A stretch of 64,000 bases of DNA from Candidatus Binataceae bacterium. Its GTDB lineage: Bacteria > Desulfobacterota > Binatia > Binatales > Binataceae. Position 1 is the stretch's first letter, and every line of letters starts with the position of its first letter. This document shows, piece by piece, positions 29,583 through 38,673 of this stretch. The stretch is taken from contig DATKSB010000080.1 of the NCBI GenBank assembly GCA_035531855.1, positions 14,243-78,242 of the forward strand, read 5' to 3'. Under the pieces are notes generated by a model, which was not told the DNA's origin, did not search any database, and was given only the letters and a program-made list of their open reading frames with translations. Both the position numbers and the translations under genes were made by a program.

Positions 29583-29855
29583 TCAGGTCACTCCAGGTGG
29601 ATTGTTCCGCTCGATCAGCGCAGTCTTCTTCGCGCGCGTCCACCCCTTGAGTTGCTTTTCTCTCGCGATTCCATCCGCAGCCCGATCAAATTGCTCGAAA
29701 TAGACCAGGCGCGTGACGTGGTAACGCGCGGTAAAACCGGCGATCGCTTTCTCCCCATGCTCCGCGATCCACCGATCGAGGTCATTTGTCACACCGACGT
29801 AGATGACGCGCGAGGGGCTCGCGACGATGTAAACCGAAAACGTGCGCTCGCGCAT
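29583..29855 (-). CDS. GIY-YIG nuclease family protein (UPF0213 / YhbQ-like)
   Basis: Start MRERTFSVYIVAS. VIYVGVTNDLDRWIAEH and Y..FEQFDRAADGIAREKQLKGW motifs. Confidence 0.75.
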   Translation of the reverse strand: MRERTFSVYIVASPSRVIYVGVTNDLDRWIAEHGEKAIAGFTARYHVTRLVYFEQFDRAADGIAREKQLKGWTRAKKTALIERNNPPGVT

Positions 29856-29928
29856 AAGCGCGATCGTCGCTGGCATCGCGGGCGAGGACAAGCGCCCGGA
29901 GGTCGGAAGAGGAATCGTGACGGCGTGC

Positions 29929-29985
29929 ATGGACGCCCGGGATCCTTCGACGCCGGCCGCAGCGGCCTCCGCTCAGGATGACGCA
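29929..29985. repeat. Right arm of the inverted repeat flanking the GIY-YIG gene
   Basis: CATGGACGCCCGGGATCCTTCGACGCCGGCCGCAGCGGCCTCCGCTCAGGATGACG, the reverse complement of the left arm. Confidence 0.7.
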
Positions 29986-30098
29986 AGATCGAGCCGGTTC
30001 CGATAAAATCACAAACTCTGAGCAGCGTGTCAGCCGACTTCTCGCTCGATAGCGGTCAATCCCGAAAGATCGTATACACGCCGGCAAAGGAGGAACCT

Positions 30099-30842
30099 AT
30101 GCAGATCTTCTGCACGTATCCCTTGAGCGTAAGCGATCGGTCTAAAGGAAAAGTTGAAGCTATTCGCCGGTGGGGAACGCCTCGTGTGAAAGGAATTGAC
30201 GGTCGTGCCAGATCGGCCAAACGCGGAATGTTTTTCGTCTCCGGTTCGTTCGGCTTAATACCTCATGATCAGCCGGTCAACTCAGATCTCAAGACGTTCA
30301 CCGAAACCGATATAGAAGGCATTCTGCCACGAGTGCGAAATAGCCTGATAAAATACCAAATCGACGGTATCACGTTTTACCTAAACCCGACCGAGAAGCA
30401 GGGTCTAGCTTACCTGCGCCTGCTCGTAATCGCCTGCTATTTACAGCGTAAGACCCTGACGGCCAGGTCCTTCAAAGACGAGGAATTTCCTGACTGGATG
30501 GAATCAATGCGCGAAGCCAAGCTGACTCGAGAGCGCGCCCGGGGATTACGGGACAAACCGGACAGAATCAAAGAGTCGTTTGATCTTCTCTTGAAGAAAT
30601 ATGGCCGCGACCCAATGATTCTATTCGAACAGGCGAACACATATGCAGACCTAGACAACTTCGAGGCCGCGGCGAAAGACTACGAGGAAGCGGCAAGGCT
30701 GCTCCCGCTTCCTGAGTTCGAAAATCTGGCCCATCAGAAAGCGCGAGCGGAAAAGAGAAGATCAGGGGCTCTTCTGCCCGCGACCTCGGACCCTCCAAGT
30801 TGGAGCAAGGAATCTCGTGGCCCGAATCGGATCCGGGCATAA
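30099..30842 (+). CDS. Hypothetical protein (247 aa) in a low-GC island; C-terminal TPR-like region
   Basis: Strong SD AAGGAGGAACCT-ATG. Local GC is about 50 % against 65-68 % in flanking genes. No family recognised. Confidence 0.45.
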   Translation: MQIFCTYPLSVSDRSKGKVEAIRRWGTPRVKGIDGRARSAKRGMFFVSGSFGLIPHDQPVNSDLKTFTETDIEGILPRVRNSLIKYQIDGITFYLNPTEKQGLAYLRLLVIACYLQRKTLTARSFKDEEFPDWMESMREAKLTRERARGLRDKPDRIKESFDLLLKKYGRDPMILFEQANTYADLDNFEAAAKDYEEAARLLPLPEFENLAHQKARAEKRRSGALLPATSDPPSWSKESRGPNRIRA

Positions 30843-31168
30843 AGACGCTTTACGCACAGGCCCGGAAACTCGTGCCTCATTGCCCATCAGCTTCCGTGTC
30901 TGTGTCTCGGACGGCACTCGTCCGCCTGGTTGTCATTCGCGAGGCCCCAACTACCCGCGAGACGGATAGGAACAATAAATTAGGCGAACGGATTCAGGCT
31001 TTAGGGGTATCTCCGCACGTGAAAACTCTTATGGGGGAGTTATCGACGCTGCGGAACAAGATCGAATATGACCCTTGTAGACGCGCTAATCTCGCGACTC
31101 CGACGGACGCAAAATTATGCGTCGACAAGTTGATGGAGGTTCTAGCGGCTCTCTATCCTCGTCGTTGA
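30800..31168 (+). CDS. DUF4145-like protein (tentative), overlapping the upstream ORF in the -1 frame
   Basis: TTG start. IKTLYAQARKL...LGERIQALGVSPHVKTLMGELSTLRNKIEYD...LMEVLAALY resembles the DUF4145 helical domain, which is usually C-terminal in restriction/Abi-type proteins. The assignment is from memory only. Confidence 0.35.
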   Translation: MEQGISWPESDPGIKTLYAQARKLVPHCPSASVSVSRTALVRLVVIREAPTTRETDRNNKLGERIQALGVSPHVKTLMGELSTLRNKIEYDPCRRANLATPTDAKLCVDKLMEVLAALYPRR

Positions 31169-31200
31169 CCCTTTTAGCCATTTCAGTTCCCGCAACAAGC

Positions 31201-33207
31201 TCATGTGTTCGCCTCTTCGGCGTCCTGCAGCGTCGCGGTGGGAAGAATTTCGGCGGGAAGATCGTCGAGGAAGCGGGAGGCGCGGCCCATCATGTAGCCG
31301 TTCATGCGATCGAACATGTAGATCGGATAGGTCAGGTAAAGCTCGTCGCGGGCGCGCGTGCTCGCTACGTACATCAGGCGGCGCTCTTCTTCGATTGACT
31401 CTTCGTCCACGCTCATCGGACCGGGGAAGCGGCCGTCCGCCGCCCAAATTACGAAGACAATGCGCCATTCGAGGCCCTTGGCTGAATGGATCGTGCTGAG
31501 CGTCAGGAACTCGTCCTCGGGACCCTCGGCCAGAACGCCGCCAAGGGAATCGCTCGGAGGCTCGAGCGCCATGTCGGAGAGCATCGTCTCGAGGCTGCGG
31601 TAGCGCTCGGTGATGTTCTGAAAATGTTCGAGGTCGCGCTCGCGCTTGGGGAAATCGTCGGGGTACGCCTCGCGCATCAGCGGCAGGTAGTATGCCAGCG
31701 TCGCGGCGATCTGCTCGGCAGGACGTTTCGATTCGCCGCGGATCTCTGTGAGCAGCGCCGCAAGTTGCGCGTAACCCGACGCCGCTCCGCCGCGTCCTCC
31801 CGATTGCCCCAGCCGCGCGAGTTCGCGCTCGGGCGCATCTGAGGTAACGAGCGCCTCGACTGTGCGCTCGGCGGTGCGATGCCCGACTCCGCGCACGAGC
31901 ATCAGCGCGCGCAGCCATGAGACCGCATCGGCGGGATTTGCGACCACCCGCAGATGCGCGAGCACGTCTTTGATATGCGCGGTCTCGATGAACTTGAATC
32001 CGCCGCGCTTGATAAACGGGATATCGCGGCGCTGGAGTTCGAGTTCGAGATCAAAGGAGTGAAAGCTCGAGCGGAACAGCACCGCCATCTCGCCCAGCTC
32101 GACGCCCTCTTCGCGCAGCTCCAGGATGCGTTGCGCGACGAAACGCGACTGCATGTGCTCGTCCTGCGCGCGGACCAGGATCGGCCGGAAATCGCCGCGG
32201 CGCGAGGTGAACAGGACCTTGGTGTACTTCTCGGCCGCGCGCGAAATCACCTCATTGGCAACGTCGAGGATTCCCTGCACCGAACGGTAATTCTCTTCGA
32301 GCTTGATCACGCGAGCGCCGGTGAACAACTCGGGAAAGTCCATAATGTTGTGGAAGTTCGCGCCGCGAAACGAATAGATCGACTGCGCGTCGTCGCCCAC
32401 CGCCATCACGTTGCGATGCTCCGAAGCGAGAAGCTGCACCAACTCGGCCTGGATGCGGTTGGTGTCCTGATATTCGTCGATCATAATGTAGCGATAGCTT
32501 TGCGAAAGGCGCTGGCGCACCTGCGGATACTGCCGCAGCAATTCGGCGAGCCGGTAGAGCAGATCGTCGTAGTCGAGCAGCGCGCGTTCGCGCTTGTAGG
32601 CCTCGTACTTTTCGGCGAGCGCGACGATCTCGCCCTGATGCTCGATCAGGTGCGCGAAATCCATCTCGATCTCTTCGGCCAGGTCGCGCATCTTGTTGCG
32701 CGCCATGCTGATCACTTCGGCGACCGTGCTCTTTTTCGGAAAGCGCCGCTCGCGCGACGCAAGTCCCATCCGCGCGCGCAACAGATTGATCACGTCCTCC
32801 ATATCGCCGCGATCGAGAATCGTGAAATTCGGTTTGAGCCCCATCTGGGCGCCGTGGCGGCGCAGAATATTGTTCGCGAACGAATGAAAGGTACCGCCCG
32901 CGACCGCGCGTGAAGCCTCACCGACCAGCCGCTCGACCCGCTCGAGCATCTCCTGCGCCGCGCGCCGGGTAAACGTCATCAGCAGGATCGCGCCGGGCGG
33001 GACTCCGCTCTCGATAAGTCGCGCGACGCGGTAGATAAGCGTGCGAGTCTTTCCCGAGCCTGCGCCCGCGATCACCAGCAGCGGGCCGTCGCGATGCGTC
33101 ACCGCGGCAAGCTGTGCCACGTTCAGCAACTCGGCATACTTGATCTTGTAGACGCGCTCGCCCGGCTCCCGATTGGGGTCGCGCAGGAAAATAACCTTAT
33201 CCGCCAC
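31201..33207 (-). CDS. ATP-dependent DNA helicase, UvrD/PcrA/Rep family
   Basis: 668 aa. Walker A AGAGSGKT, motifs Ia/II (DEYQDTN), GDDAQSIY, and the C-terminal 2A domain. Confidence 0.85.
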   Translation of the reverse strand: MADKVIFLRDPNREPGERVYKIKYAELLNVAQLAAVTHRDGPLLVIAGAGSGKTRTLIYRVARLIESGVPPGAILLMTFTRRAAQEMLERVERLVGEASRAVAGGTFHSFANNILRRHGAQMGLKPNFTILDRGDMEDVINLLRARMGLASRERRFPKKSTVAEVISMARNKMRDLAEEIEMDFAHLIEHQGEIVALAEKYEAYKRERALLDYDDLLYRLAELLRQYPQVRQRLSQSYRYIMIDEYQDTNRIQAELVQLLASEHRNVMAVGDDAQSIYSFRGANFHNIMDFPELFTGARVIKLEENYRSVQGILDVANEVISRAAEKYTKVLFTSRRGDFRPILVRAQDEHMQSRFVAQRILELREEGVELGEMAVLFRSSFHSFDLELELQRRDIPFIKRGGFKFIETAHIKDVLAHLRVVANPADAVSWLRALMLVRGVGHRTAERTVEALVTSDAPERELARLGQSGGRGGAASGYAQLAALLTEIRGESKRPAEQIAATLAYYLPLMREAYPDDFPKRERDLEHFQNITERYRSLETMLSDMALEPPSDSLGGVLAEGPEDEFLTLSTIHSAKGLEWRIVFVIWAADGRFPGPMSVDEESIEEERRLMYVASTRARDELYLTYPIYMFDRMNGYMMGRASRFLDDLPAEILPTATLQDAEEANT

Positions 33208-33249
33208 AGCGTCCGCGATCCTATCACGCCACGCACGCAGCCGTAGCGC

Positions 33250-33708
33250 CTACGGCTGACCCAGAGACCCGTTCGCCGGCAACGGCTGCGCTCCGTTCTT
33301 GTAGATTCCTTCCATCGCGTGATTCCATTGCTGGTTGGAGTTTTGCGCGGGAGTGTTCGCGGCGTCTGGCGACGTATCCGCACCGGTATCGGCGGCGGCA
33401 GAGTTGATCGACGGATTGACCTGAATGGAATCTGTGATCGGGACTCCGGTTACGCCCAGAAAGCGCTGCGCTTTGCGCTCGGCATCGGCGCGGCCCGCAT
33501 CTGTAGCGGCGAAACCGTACAGATGCACCTGCGGATCGCCAGCGTTATCTCGCTGAACCTGTGCGCCCACCAAAGGCAAGCGATGCCGATGCAGGTACTT
33601 GGTCAGCGCTGTGCTGCTGGCTTCATCGACGTGATACTGCTGCGCATGAACGGCACTGGCCGGTAGAAATACCGAGAAGATCAAAACGGTAAAGATTATT
33701 CGCGCCAT
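33250..33708 (-). CDS. Secreted BON-like domain protein
   Basis: Signal peptide MARIIFTVLIFSVFLPASAVHAQ. OsmY/BON-like segment VGAQVQRDNAGDPQVHLYGFAATDAGRADAERKAQRFLGVTGV. Low-complexity C-terminus. Confidence 0.5.
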   Translation of the reverse strand: MARIIFTVLIFSVFLPASAVHAQQYHVDEASSTALTKYLHRHRLPLVGAQVQRDNAGDPQVHLYGFAATDAGRADAERKAQRFLGVTGVPITDSIQVNPSINSAAADTGADTSPDAANTPAQNSNQQWNHAMEGIYKNGAQPLPANGSLGQP

Positions 33709-34333
33709 TATTCGCACCCGGGTACGCATGCATCTTGCGCGACAATATACGGCGCGCCGGCGGATGTCGCGAGATGGGCAGCGCTATGGCGCTTGAGCGC
33801 GGGCTTCGGTCCGCATAATCTAAGAAAGGTTTGGGTAATGGATTCGGTCGGTAAAGCCAGTCATTCAATCTTCGCGCTGCTGCATGTGGCGGGATGCGTG
33901 CTCGCGCTCGGGATGGCGATCATTCTCCCGGCGCTCCATACCCGGAATTTCGGACCGTCCTATAAACCAGTTGAGGTGCGCCAGACCGCCGCGCGGCACG
34001 AATATCTGGGCCTGTCCGAGGACCGTACCGACGCCGGGATGGAATCGCTTACGGCGTTTTCCGGTCCCGCGCCGCTATCTTTACTCGATTCGGCTCCCGC
34101 CGCGTCGCGTTGGTGGCGCGCGGCAACGCTTTTGATCCCGAAAACTGTGGCGCCGCGATATGTTCGGCGCCTCAAAATCTCCTCCGACCCCTGCGGTCCT
34201 CCGTTTTTTTCCGCCCGGATTCAGCCGCTTTAATCAAGTATAATCGTCGCGGCGGATGAGAAGTCCCCGCTGATATTTCACACCCTGGCGTGCTCGTTTG
34301 AGCCGCCCGGAAATTCCCGCGAGGTGCATTGAC

Positions 34334-37300
34334 GTGCCGAGCTTCGCTTTGCGCAACCCGTTCACGGTAATCGTGGGGGCGCTGATCGTTTTGATCCTTG
34401 GAGTCACCGCATTCGCCCGAATGCCGGTTGACGTTTTTCCGAATCTCAAAATTCCGGCGGTCGTGGTCGCGACCTTCTACCCCGGCATGCCGCCGCTGGA
34501 CATGGAACGCGATATCACAACTCGCTACGAGCGATTTTTCACCCTCGGCAGCGGAATTGAGCATATCGAATCGCGCTCGCTGCCCGGCGTCAGCATGATC
34601 ACCGTTTATCTGCACAGCGGCGTTGACGTGGATGCGGCTTCCGCCCAGTTGGCCACCCTGGCGATGGCCGACCTGGGCGTATTGCCGCCCGGCACGCTGC
34701 CTCCGCTGGTGCTCAAATTCGACGCCTCGTCGTTGCCGGTCACGCTGGTCACGGTCGAGGGGCAAGGCTTCAGCCAGGTCGATCTCGAAGACCAGGCCCG
34801 CTACAACATCCGCAATCAACTCGCGACGGTCTCGGGCGCGTCGATCCCGATGCCGTTTGGCGGCAAGTTCCGGCAAATCATGGCCTATGTCGATCGCAAC
34901 GCGCTGCAGGCGCGCGGGTTGACGCTCAATTCCGTGGTCCATGCGCTCAACGACACCAATCTGATTTTGCCGGCCGGCGACGCGAAAATTGGCTCGACCG
35001 ATTACTACATCTATTCGAACGCGATGATCGGGCATCCGGAAACCCTCAACGACGTTCCGATCAAGCTCGGCAAAAACCAGATGCCGGTGCGTCTGGGCGA
35101 CGTCGGGAACGCCGAGGATTCGACTGCGATCCAGTACAACGTGGTCACGATCGACGGCCAGCCGTCGGTCTATATTCCGGTTCTGAAGCAGGGCGGCGCC
35201 AACACGATCTCGGTCGTTGACGGTATCCACGATCTGCTCCCGAAAATCTTCGGAATGCCGAAGGGGATGAAGCTCAAGGCGATCTTCAACCAGTCGGACT
35301 ACATCCTGGACGCGGTCCATTCGCTCGAGCACGAGGCGATCTCCGGCTCAATCCTCGCCTCGCTGATGATCTTGATCTTCCTCGGCAGCATGCGCTCGAC
35401 CTTTGCGATTTTTTTGTCGATTCCGCTGTCGATTCTGGCCGCGACCTTCTGCCTGTTCATGGGCGGCTCGACCATCAACATCATGACGCTCGGCGGATTC
35501 GCGCTCGCGATCGGACGTCTGGTCGATGATTCGGTGGTGGTCCTGGAGAACATCAACCGCCATCTGGCGGAGGGCAAAGAGCCTGCCGTCGCGGCGCGCG
35601 AAGGTGCGGAGGAAGTAGCACTGCCGGTGCTCGCCTCGACCATCACCACGATCATCGTGTTCTTTCCAGTGATGTTCCTGTTCGGGGTTGCCAAGTATCT
35701 GTTCAGCGCCCTTGCGCTGGCGGTGGTGCTTGCGATGCTGGCGTCGTACGTGGTGGCGATGGCGGTAATTCCAATTTACTGCGCACGCTTTCTGACTGCG
35801 GAAGACGCCCGCGAGTTCGAGGAAGCGGCCTCTGGCGGCGGCCATGGCGAACATTCGGGCAGCCTGTTCAAAAGGGCATTCGGAGTTTTCAACCGCCGCT
35901 ACCAGCGGTTTGCCGATTGGTACGAGAGACAGCTCCGGCTCGCGCTCGATCACAAGCTTATCGTGATCGGATCGGTCTCGGTGCTGTTCGCGGTCTCGCT
36001 GCTGATCTTTCCGCTGCTCGGAACCCAGCTTTTCCCGACCACCGATGCCGGCAAGTTCATCATCCATATGCGAGCGCCCGCGGGCACCCGAATCGAGCTA
36101 ACCCAGGCGCTTGCGGCGCGAATCGAAAATGAAATCCGCCGCATAATTCCTCCTCAGGAACTCGAAACCGTGGTCTCGAATCTCGGTCTGGCTCCCAGTA
36201 TCTCGGCCATCTACTCGTCCAATTCGGGAGAGGACACCGGCGAAATCATGGTGACGCTGAAGGACGACCACCGGTTCTCGACCTTCTTTTACATGGACAA
36301 GTTGCGAAAACGACTGCCGGCCGCGGTGCCTTCGGTCAAGGCGTTCTTTTCCTCGGGCAGTATCATCGACGCGGTGCTGAACTTCGGATTGCCCGCGCCA
36401 ATCGACATTCAGGTGAGCGGTCCGGATTATGGCCCGCTGTTTCAGGTCGCGCGCCGCATTCAACGCGACGTGCGCAAATTACCCGACGTATCGCAGACCT
36501 ACATCCCACAGGAACCGGACTATCCGACCATCGACGTAAAGGTGGATCGCGTGCGCGCCGCGCGTCTGGGACTCACGGAAAAAGACGTCGTGACCAACGT
36601 GATCACGGCGCTGACTTCGAACCAGATGATCGCGCCTTCGATCTGGATCGATCGGGCCACCGGCAACGATTATTTCCTGACCGCCCAGTATCGCGAGCAG
36701 GCGATAAACTCGACCGAGACGCTGTTGAACATCCCGGTCCACCATATCAACGGCGGCGACGCGCACGAGCAATCGATTTCGCTGCGCAACGTCGCGACCC
36801 TGGTGCCGGAGAAATACCCGTCGGAGGCCGACCATTACAACATTCAGCGCGTCGTTGACGTGTTGGTTCAACCCGCGACCTCGGACCTGGGCGGCACGGA
36901 AAATTCCATCGAAAGCCGCCTCAAAAACATGAAGCTTCCGCCGGAGGTGCAGATCACATATCGCGGCGCGGTCGCGGCGATGCAGCGCTCGTTTTCGAGC
37001 TTCGGCTTCGGGCTCGGGATGGCGGTGCTGCTGCTGTACCTCGTGATGGTGGCGCAGTTCGCATCATTCCTGGACCCGGTGATCATCATGTTCGCCGTGC
37101 CGATGGGGCTGATCGGGGTTATCTGGACCCTGTGGCTGACCCATACCACGCTCAACATCGAGTCGTTCATGGGGATCATCGTGATGGTCGGAATCGTGGT
37201 ATCGAACTCGATTCTGCTGGTCGATTTCGCCAATCAGCGCCGCCGTGAAGGACAAGCGCTGCGCCCCGCGGTGGTCGAATCCGCGCGGATCCGCATGCGC

Positions 37301-37492
37301 CCAATCCTGATGACCGCGCTCGCCACAGTGGCGGGCTTGATGCCGATCGCACTGGAAATCGGCGCCGGCTCCGAGGCCTCCGCTCCGTTGGCGCGTGCCG
37401 CGGTAGGCGGCTTAACCGTCTCCACAGTCCTGACGCTTATCCTGGTCCCTTGCATTTACGAGCTGTTCTATTCCCGGAGGACAAAACAGTGA
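34334..37492 (+). CDS. RND efflux transporter permease (AcrB/HAE1-like)
   Basis: About 1050 aa with 12-TM RND topology. GTG start with GAGGTG SD. The stop overlaps the next gene. Confidence 0.9.
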   Translation: MPSFALRNPFTVIVGALIVLILGVTAFARMPVDVFPNLKIPAVVVATFYPGMPPLDMERDITTRYERFFTLGSGIEHIESRSLPGVSMITVYLHSGVDVDAASAQLATLAMADLGVLPPGTLPPLVLKFDASSLPVTLVTVEGQGFSQVDLEDQARYNIRNQLATVSGASIPMPFGGKFRQIMAYVDRNALQARGLTLNSVVHALNDTNLILPAGDAKIGSTDYYIYSNAMIGHPETLNDVPIKLGKNQMPVRLGDVGNAEDSTAIQYNVVTIDGQPSVYIPVLKQGGANTISVVDGIHDLLPKIFGMPKGMKLKAIFNQSDYILDAVHSLEHEAISGSILASLMILIFLGSMRSTFAIFLSIPLSILAATFCLFMGGSTINIMTLGGFALAIGRLVDDSVVVLENINRHLAEGKEPAVAAREGAEEVALPVLASTITTIIVFFPVMFLFGVAKYLFSALALAVVLAMLASYVVAMAVIPIYCARFLTAEDAREFEEAASGGGHGEHSGSLFKRAFGVFNRRYQRFADWYERQLRLALDHKLIVIGSVSVLFAVSLLIFPLLGTQLFPTTDAGKFIIHMRAPAGTRIELTQALAARIENEIRRIIPPQELETVVSNLGLAPSISAIYSSNSGEDTGEIMVTLKDDHRFSTFFYMDKLRKRLPAAVPSVKAFFSSGSIIDAVLNFGLPAPIDIQVSGPDYGPLFQVARRIQRDVRKLPDVSQTYIPQEPDYPTIDVKVDRVRAARLGLTEKDVVTNVITALTSNQMIAPSIWIDRATGNDYFLTAQYREQAINSTETLLNIPVHHINGGDAHEQSISLRNVATLVPEKYPSEADHYNIQRVVDVLVQPATSDLGGTENSIESRLKNMKLPPEVQITYRGAVAAMQRSFSSFGFGLGMAVLLLYLVMVAQFASFLDPVIIMFAVPMGLIGVIWTLWLTHTTLNIESFMGIIVMVGIVVSNSILLVDFANQRRREGQALRPAVVESARIRMRPILMTALATVAGLMPIALEIGAGSEASAPLARAAVGGLTVSTVLTLILVPCIYELFYSRRTKQ

Positions 37493-38673
37493 GCCGTCTT
37501 GGAAAGTCGTTACTGATCGCCGCGGTCGTCTTCGCGGTGGCTGGCTGCCACGACAGCAGCGACACTCCCGCCGTCCCGACCAAACTGGTGGTCACCACCG
37601 CTGACCTGCGGACGGTTCCGGTGATCCGCCCGCATCGCCACACCGTCGTCGAGTCGATCGATCTGCCCGGCGACCTGGTGGGCTTCTATGAAGCCGCGCT
37701 GCACTCGAAGGTGACCGGGTACCTGGTAAAGATGAACGTCGATAAGGGCGATTGGGTCAAGACCGGCCAGGTGCTTGCCGTGATCGAGGTGCCGGAACTC
37801 CAGCAAAATCTCGACCGCGCCGAAGCCAGCCGGGAAATCGCAAAGCTGACCTGGCAGCGTCTGGCCGGCGTGCGCAAGACCGATGCACGCCTGGTCGCGA
37901 AGGAAACCGTCGATATCGCGTACGCTAAATATATCGAGGCGAAATCCGAGGCCGGCGCGCTCGAGACCATGGTCTCATACACGAAGATCATCGCCCCGTT
38001 TGACGGCGTGATAACCGGACGCTTCGCAGATCCGGGCGCGCTGATTCGCGCCGGCGGCGGCGACTTCGGCGTCACCGGCTCCGGCGCCGCGGTAAGCTCG
38101 GGGGCGATGGAAGGCGCAGGCGGCCATATGACCGGCGGTGGTCCGATCCTGACCGAAGCGGCGATCACCAAACTGCGAGTCTATGTCTATGTGCCCGAAC
38201 GTGAAGCCGGAACCGTGCGCATCGGGATGCCCGCGACGATGACGTTGCGCTCATTCCCGGGCCAGACCTTTCATGCAACGGTGACGAGGTACGCGTCGTC
38301 GCTGGATCTCGCTACGCGCACGATGCTCACCGAGCTCGACATCCCCAATCTTGATCACCGCCTCTACCCGCGGATGTACGCGAACGTGACGCTGATTTTG
38401 GCCCAGCATCCCAACGCGCTCGAGGTTCCGCGCACCGCGGTCTCGGGCCTGGGGCAGTCGGACTCCTACATCTTTACCGTCATTAGCGGAAAGCTGCGCA
38501 AAACTCCCGTGGTCACCGGACTTACCGACGGAACCAACGTCGAAATCGTCTCGGGTCTGAACGAAAGCGACGAAGTCGTGACCCACATGAGTCCTTCGCT
38601 CGAGGCGGGCGAGCCGGTTCGGGTTCTCGGTCATCCCGACGAGGACGAAACTGCTTCCGGGCACGGAGATTGA
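37489..38673 (+). CDS. RND efflux periplasmic adaptor (membrane fusion protein), lipoprotein
   Basis: GTG start overlapping the RND stop (caGTGAgc). Lipobox AVAGC. Biotinyl/lipoyl-like and beta-barrel MFP motifs. Confidence 0.8.
   Translation: MSRLGKSLLIAAVVFAVAGCHDSSDTPAVPTKLVVTTADLRTVPVIRPHRHTVVESIDLPGDLVGFYEAALHSKVTGYLVKMNVDKGDWVKTGQVLAVIEVPELQQNLDRAEASREIAKLTWQRLAGVRKTDARLVAKETVDIAYAKYIEAKSEAGALETMVSYTKIIAPFDGVITGRFADPGALIRAGGGDFGVTGSGAAVSSGAMEGAGGHMTGGGPILTEAAITKLRVYVYVPEREAGTVRIGMPATMTLRSFPGQTFHATVTRYASSLDLATRTMLTELDIPNLDHRLYPRMYANVTLILAQHPNALEVPRTAVSGLGQSDSYIFTVISGKLRKTPVVTGLTDGTNVEIVSGLNESDEVVTHMSPSLEAGEPVRVLGHPDEDETASGHGD

Noticed and set aside
30740-30842. Looked for a programmed -1 slippery heptamer (X XXY YYZ) in the overlap between the two island ORFs
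   Set aside because: No canonical slippery site found. A fusion, if real, would more likely reflect an indel or pseudogene than programmed frameshifting.
33793-34233. 146-aa plus ORF in the divergent intergenic region between the BON-like gene and the RND operon
   Set aside because: No convincing RBS, no recognisable domain, composition like non-coding high-GC sequence. More likely promoter or leader region; left uncalled.
34286-34303. Possible sigma-54 promoter (TGGCGT-N5-TTTGA) upstream of the RND operon, considered because an NtrC-type activator is in the window
   Set aside because: The -12 element lacks the essential GC dinucleotide at correct spacing.
34172-35332. 386-aa minus ORF
   Set aside because: Antisense to the RND permease gene.
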